The notes beneath the pieces were generated by a model that saw only the letters and a list, made by a program, of their open reading frames with translations, was not told where the DNA came from and searched no databases. Shown here piece after piece: positions 60,455-64,000 of a stretch of 64,000 nt of DNA; position 1 is the first letter of the stretch; each line of letters opens with the position of its first letter. Source of the stretch: an uncultured Alphaproteobacteria bacterium (GTDB lineage: Bacteria; Pseudomonadota; Alphaproteobacteria; HIMB59). The translations under genes and the position numbers were made by a program. The stretch spans positions 6,051-70,050 of the forward strand of contig CABYUJ010000006.1 of assembly GCA_902522155.1 (NCBI GenBank), in the 5' to 3' direction.

Positions 60455-62386
60455 ATGGCTAAAGTAATTGGAATTGATTTAGGTACCACAAACTCTTGTG
60501 TGGCAATAATGGATGGAAAGAATCCAAAGGTAATAGAGAATTCTGAAGGTGCTAGAACAACACCTTCTGTTGTAGCTTTTACTGAAAGTGAAAAACTAAT
60601 TGGTCAATCTGCAAAAAGACAAGCCGTCACCAATCCTGAAAATACACTTTATGCTGTAAAAAGATTTATTGGTAGAAGCTTTGAAGACGACACTGTCCAA
60701 AAGGATGTAGGCTTATCTCCATTTAAAATTATTAAAGGTAATAACGGTGATGCATGGGTTGAAGCTCAGGGTGAAAAATATAGCCCTAGTCAAATCTCTG
60801 CTTTTATTCTTCAAAAAATGAAAGAGACAGCTGAGTCTTATACAGGAGAAAACATTACACAAGCAGTAATAACTGTTCCTGCTTATTTCAATGATGCACA
60901 AAGGCAAGCAACTAAAGATGCTGGTAAAATTGCTGGCTTAGAAGTTTTAAGAATTATTAATGAACCAACCGCTGCTTCATTAGCATATGGACTAGATAAA
61001 AAACAATCAGGCACTGTAGTTGTCTACGATTTAGGTGGTGGTACATTTGATGTATCAATTTTAGAAGTTGGAGATGGTGTGTTCGAAGTTAAGTCTACAA
61101 ATGGTGATACACACTTGGGCGGAGAAGACTTTGATTTAAGGATTATTGATTTTTTAGCAAGTGAATTTAAAAAAGAGCAAGGTATAGATTTAAAAAATGA
61201 TAAATTAGCTTTACAACGTTTAAAAGAGGCTGCTGAAAAAGCTAAAATTGAATTGTCAAGTTCAACTCAAACAGACGTAAATTTACCCTTTATTACAGCT
61301 GACCAATCTGGACCCAAACACTTAAATGTAAAACTTACCAGAGCTAAGCTTGAAGAGTTGGTTGACGACTTGCTTCAAAATACAATTGAACCTTGTAAAA
61401 AAGCTCTTAGTGACGCTGGTCTTTCAGCAAGTGATATAAACGATGTCATTTTAGTTGGTGGAATGACAAGAATGCCTAAAGTAACAGAAATCGTTAAAAA
61501 CTTTTTTGGAAAAGATCCTAGTAAGGGTGTGAACCCCGATGAGGTTGTAGCTATGGGAGCAGCTATTCAGGCAGGTGTATTGCAAGGTGATGTAAAAGAT
61601 GTCTTACTTTTAGATGTGACTCCACTTTCTTTGGGTATAGAAACACTTGGTGGAGTATTTACAAAATTAATTGAAAGAAATACGACTGTTCCTACAAAAA
61701 AAAGTCAAGTATTTTCAACAGCAGAGGATAATCAAAATGCCGTTACTATCAGAGTCTTTCAGGGCGAAAGAGAAATGGCTGCTGATAACAAGCTTTTAGG
61801 CCAATTCGATTTAGTTGGCATACCTCCTGCTCCAAGAGGAACACCACAGATCGAGGTGACTTTCGATATTGACGCTAATGGTATTGTCAATGTATCTGCA
61901 AAAGATAAATCTACAGGAAAAGAGCAACAAATTAAAATCCAAGCATCTGGCGGTCTATCAGATGAAGAGATTGACAAAATGGTTAAAGATGCTGAGGCCA
62001 ATGCTGAAACAGATAAGAAGAAAAGAGAAGAGGTTGATGTTAAAAATCAAGCTGATAGTCTTGTCTTCCAAGTTGAAAAAAATATTAAAGAGCATGGCGA
62101 TAAAATTAATCCCGAAGATAAGTCTAAAATAGAAGCAGACTTAAAAGATTTAAAAGAGGCACTCGAAAAAAATGAGATTGAGTCCATAAAACAAAAAACA
62201 CAAGACCTAACTCAATCGTCCATGAAAATGGGCGAAGCTATGTACAAAGATCAACAATCATCTGAGGCACCTGGTGCAGAACAACCTAAGCAAGAAGATA
62301 ACACTGGTGAAACCAAAAACGATGATGACGTTATAGACGCAGACTACGAAGAAGTAGACGACGATAAAAAAGCAAGCGGACAGTAA
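60455..62386 (+). CDS. dnaK: Chaperone DnaK
   Basis: [23 protein letters not shown]. Confidence 0.98.
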   Translation: MAKVIGIDLGTTNSCVAIMDGKNPKVIENSEGARTTPSVVAFTESEKLIGQSAKRQAVTNPENTLYAVKRFIGRSFEDDTVQKDVGLSPFKIIKGNNGDAWVEAQGEKYSPSQISAFILQKMKETAESYTGENITQAVITVPAYFNDAQRQATKDAGKIAGLEVLRIINEPTAASLAYGLDKKQSGTVVVYDLGGGTFDVSILEVGDGVFEVKSTNGDTHLGGEDFDLRIIDFLASEFKKEQGIDLKNDKLALQRLKEAAEKAKIELSSSTQTDVNLPFITADQSGPKHLNVKLTRAKLEELVDDLLQNTIEPCKKALSDAGLSASDINDVILVGGMTRMPKVTEIVKNFFGKDPSKGVNPDEVVAMGAAIQAGVLQGDVKDVLLLDVTPLSLGIETLGGVFTKLIERNTTVPTKKSQVFSTAEDNQNAVTIRVFQGEREMAADNKLLGQFDLVGIPPAPRGTPQIEVTFDIDANGIVNVSAKDKSTGKEQQIKIQASGGLSDEEIDKMVKDAEANAETDKKKREEVDVKNQADSLVFQVEKNIKEHGDKINPEDKSKIEADLKDLKEALEKNEIESIKQKTQDLTQSSMKMGEAMYKDQQSSEAPGAEQPKQEDNTGETKNDDDVIDADYEEVDDDKKASGQ

Positions 62387-62409
62387 CTCTTAGCTTGGTT
62401 TAAAATATT

Positions 62410-63489
62410 ATGGCTGAGGATTTTTATGACACTCTTGGTATATCCCGTGAAGCTAGTGACTCTGAAATAAAAAGTGCTTACCGAAAATTAGCAATGAAAT
62501 ATCATCCTGATCGAAACCAGGGTGACTCTGCTGCTGAACAAAAATTTAAGGATGTGAGTCAAGCATATGAAATTTTAAAAGATCCAAAAAAAAGACAAAC
62601 TTATGATCAATTTGGCCATGCTGCTTTTGAACAAGGCGGCGGTGGAGCCGGTGGATTTGGTCAACAAGGCTTTGGCGGTTTTTCAGATATTTTTGAAGAT
62701 ATTTTTGGTGCATTTGGTGAGGGCGGTCAGCGCGAAAGTAGAGGGGATGATTTGCGCTACGATGTTACTATTGACCTAGAAGAGGCTTTTACTGGAAAAT
62801 CACTAGAAGTAACAATACCCAAAATGATTAATTGCCCTGAACAGCATAGTTATAAAAGTTGTTCTACTTGCCAAGGTTATGGAAAAGTTAGGACTCAGAG
62901 CGGGTTTTTTTCTATGGAGAGGACCTGTGGTAGATGTGGTGGAACTGGGCAAGAAATGAAGGGTCGATGCTCAAAATGCAGTAACACTGGACGAATTAAA
63001 CAAAATAAAAAAATTCAGATCAAAATACCTGCTGGAGTTGAAACAGGTAACAGGATTAGAATGAGCGGAGAAGGAGAGGCTGGAGAAAGAGGCGGCTCCT
63101 ATGGAGACCTTTACGTTTTTATAAATATAAATAACCACAAACTTTTCCAGAGAGAACGAGATAACATTATTTGTGATGTTGCTATACCTTTTACTACAGC
63201 AACTTTGGGCGGAAATATAGAAGTTCCTACTATAGAAAAAAAAATGGTTAATGTTTCCATACCAAAAGGAATGCAGTCAGGTCATAAACTCAGAATCAAA
63301 GGCAAGGGAATGAGTATTCTGAGAACAAACACAAGAGGCGATATGATTGTTAAAGTACATGCTGAAACACCAGTAAACTTATCTTCAGATCAAGAGAAAC
63401 TTTTAAATCAATTTAATGAAACCCTTACTAAGAAAAACTCTAAAATGACGGAAGGGTTTTTTGATAAAGTAAAAAAAATGTTTAATTAA
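62410..63489 (+). CDS. dnaJ: Co-chaperone DnaJ
   Basis: HPD, G/F region, Cys repeats. Confidence 0.96.
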   Translation: MAEDFYDTLGISREASDSEIKSAYRKLAMKYHPDRNQGDSAAEQKFKDVSQAYEILKDPKKRQTYDQFGHAAFEQGGGGAGGFGQQGFGGFSDIFEDIFGAFGEGGQRESRGDDLRYDVTIDLEEAFTGKSLEVTIPKMINCPEQHSYKSCSTCQGYGKVRTQSGFFSMERTCGRCGGTGQEMKGRCSKCSNTGRIKQNKKIQIKIPAGVETGNRIRMSGEGEAGERGGSYGDLYVFININNHKLFQRERDNIICDVAIPFTTATLGGNIEVPTIEKKMVNVSIPKGMQSGHKLRIKGKGMSILRTNTRGDMIVKVHAETPVNLSSDQEKLLNQFNETLTKKNSKMTEGFFDKVKKMFN

Positions 63490-64000
63490 TGAATTATTGT
63501 TTTGATTTTATCAAAACACCAATAATTAAACTTTTTGTCCTAGATAGTTCAGAGGGAGTTCACTTTCTTATAAAAGATAACGATAAAAGAATTAAAAACA
63601 TACTTAATTTATATAACCCAACTAAAGGTTTAAAATTAAAAAAAGCAAAAATATTAATAAACAATTTATTGAAAGGTAAAATTTCTAAACAAAAAAATAT
63701 AAAAATAAAATTCCTCGATGGAACTACACTACAAAAAAAAGTTTGGACAGAAATTACTAAAATTCCTTATGGTCAAACAATTTCCTACAGCGAGCTTGCT
63801 AAAAAAATAAAGAGACCAGATGCAGTAAGAGCCATTGCTTCAGCGGTTGGTAAAAATCCTGTTGGATTATTGGTTCCTTGTCACAGAGTAGTAAAAAAAA
63901 ATGGAGATTTCGGAAGATATATGTGGGGTGATAAAATTAAGAGAAAAATACTAGATATAGAGGGTAGAGGAACGGCTGACTCGACATATAGAGGAGGAAA
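63489..64000 (+). CDS. ogt: O6-methylguanine-DNA methyltransferase (runs off the window; absent from the ORF track)
   Basis: ATG overlaps the dnaJ stop (TAATG); translation contains IPYGQTISY, RAIASAVGKNP, VPCHRV. Confidence 0.9.
   Translation, partial: MNYCFDFIKTPIIKLFVLDSSEGVHFLIKDNDKRIKNILNLYNPTKGLKLKKAKILINNLLKGKISKQKNIKIKFLDGTTLQKKVWTEITKIPYGQTISYSELAKKIKRPDAVRAIASAVGKNPVGLLVPCHRVVKKNGDFGRYMWGDKIKRKILDIEGRGTADSTYRGG
63960..64000 (+). ncRNA. Possible 5' end of RNase P RNA
   Basis: GAACGGCTGA-CTC-N8-GAG-GAGGAAA at the window edge resembles the P2/P3/P4 start (GAGGAAAGTCC). Confidence 0.35.

Noticed and set aside
288-62132. Many 60-120 aa ORFs nested in or antisense to core genes (e.g. 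3053, 8614, 27179, 40541, 50911, 61759)
   Set aside because: Shadow ORFs of well-supported genes, with no motifs

Overview
AT-rich, very densely packed chromosomal segment of a streamlined marine alphaproteobacterium (gene content and order resemble SAR11/HIMB59-type genomes; the taxon is inferred). It spans the probable replication-origin region: parB-parA-rsmG-mnmG (with a parS)-mnmE, rho, an oriC-like spacer, then maf-aroE-coaE-dnaQ-Tim44-smr. It also carries rpoE-chrR, tsaD-EVE-acs-rsmB-rpe-purH, tRNA-Gly, ftsK, porin-leuS-lptE-holA, hslUV, hisBHAF, rph-rdgB and hrcA-grpE-dnaK-dnaJ-ogt. Accessory pockets include a TPR/glycosyltransferase/methyltransferase group beside the tRNA, a sulfotransferase pair beside the porin and a GDPD + FG-GAP insert. 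The most interesting pocket is a ~4.6 kb island between smr and hslU, bounded by two interleaved direct repeats. It encodes a stand-alone RpoD region-4-like protein with an altered recognition helix, an Exonuclease I homologue and a translationally coupled GIY-YIG nuclease. The first two of these genes share an upstream sequence motif. This module is the best candidate for an undescribed, possibly anti-phage, system. Heme-biosynthesis genes are missing from both loci where they are usually found.
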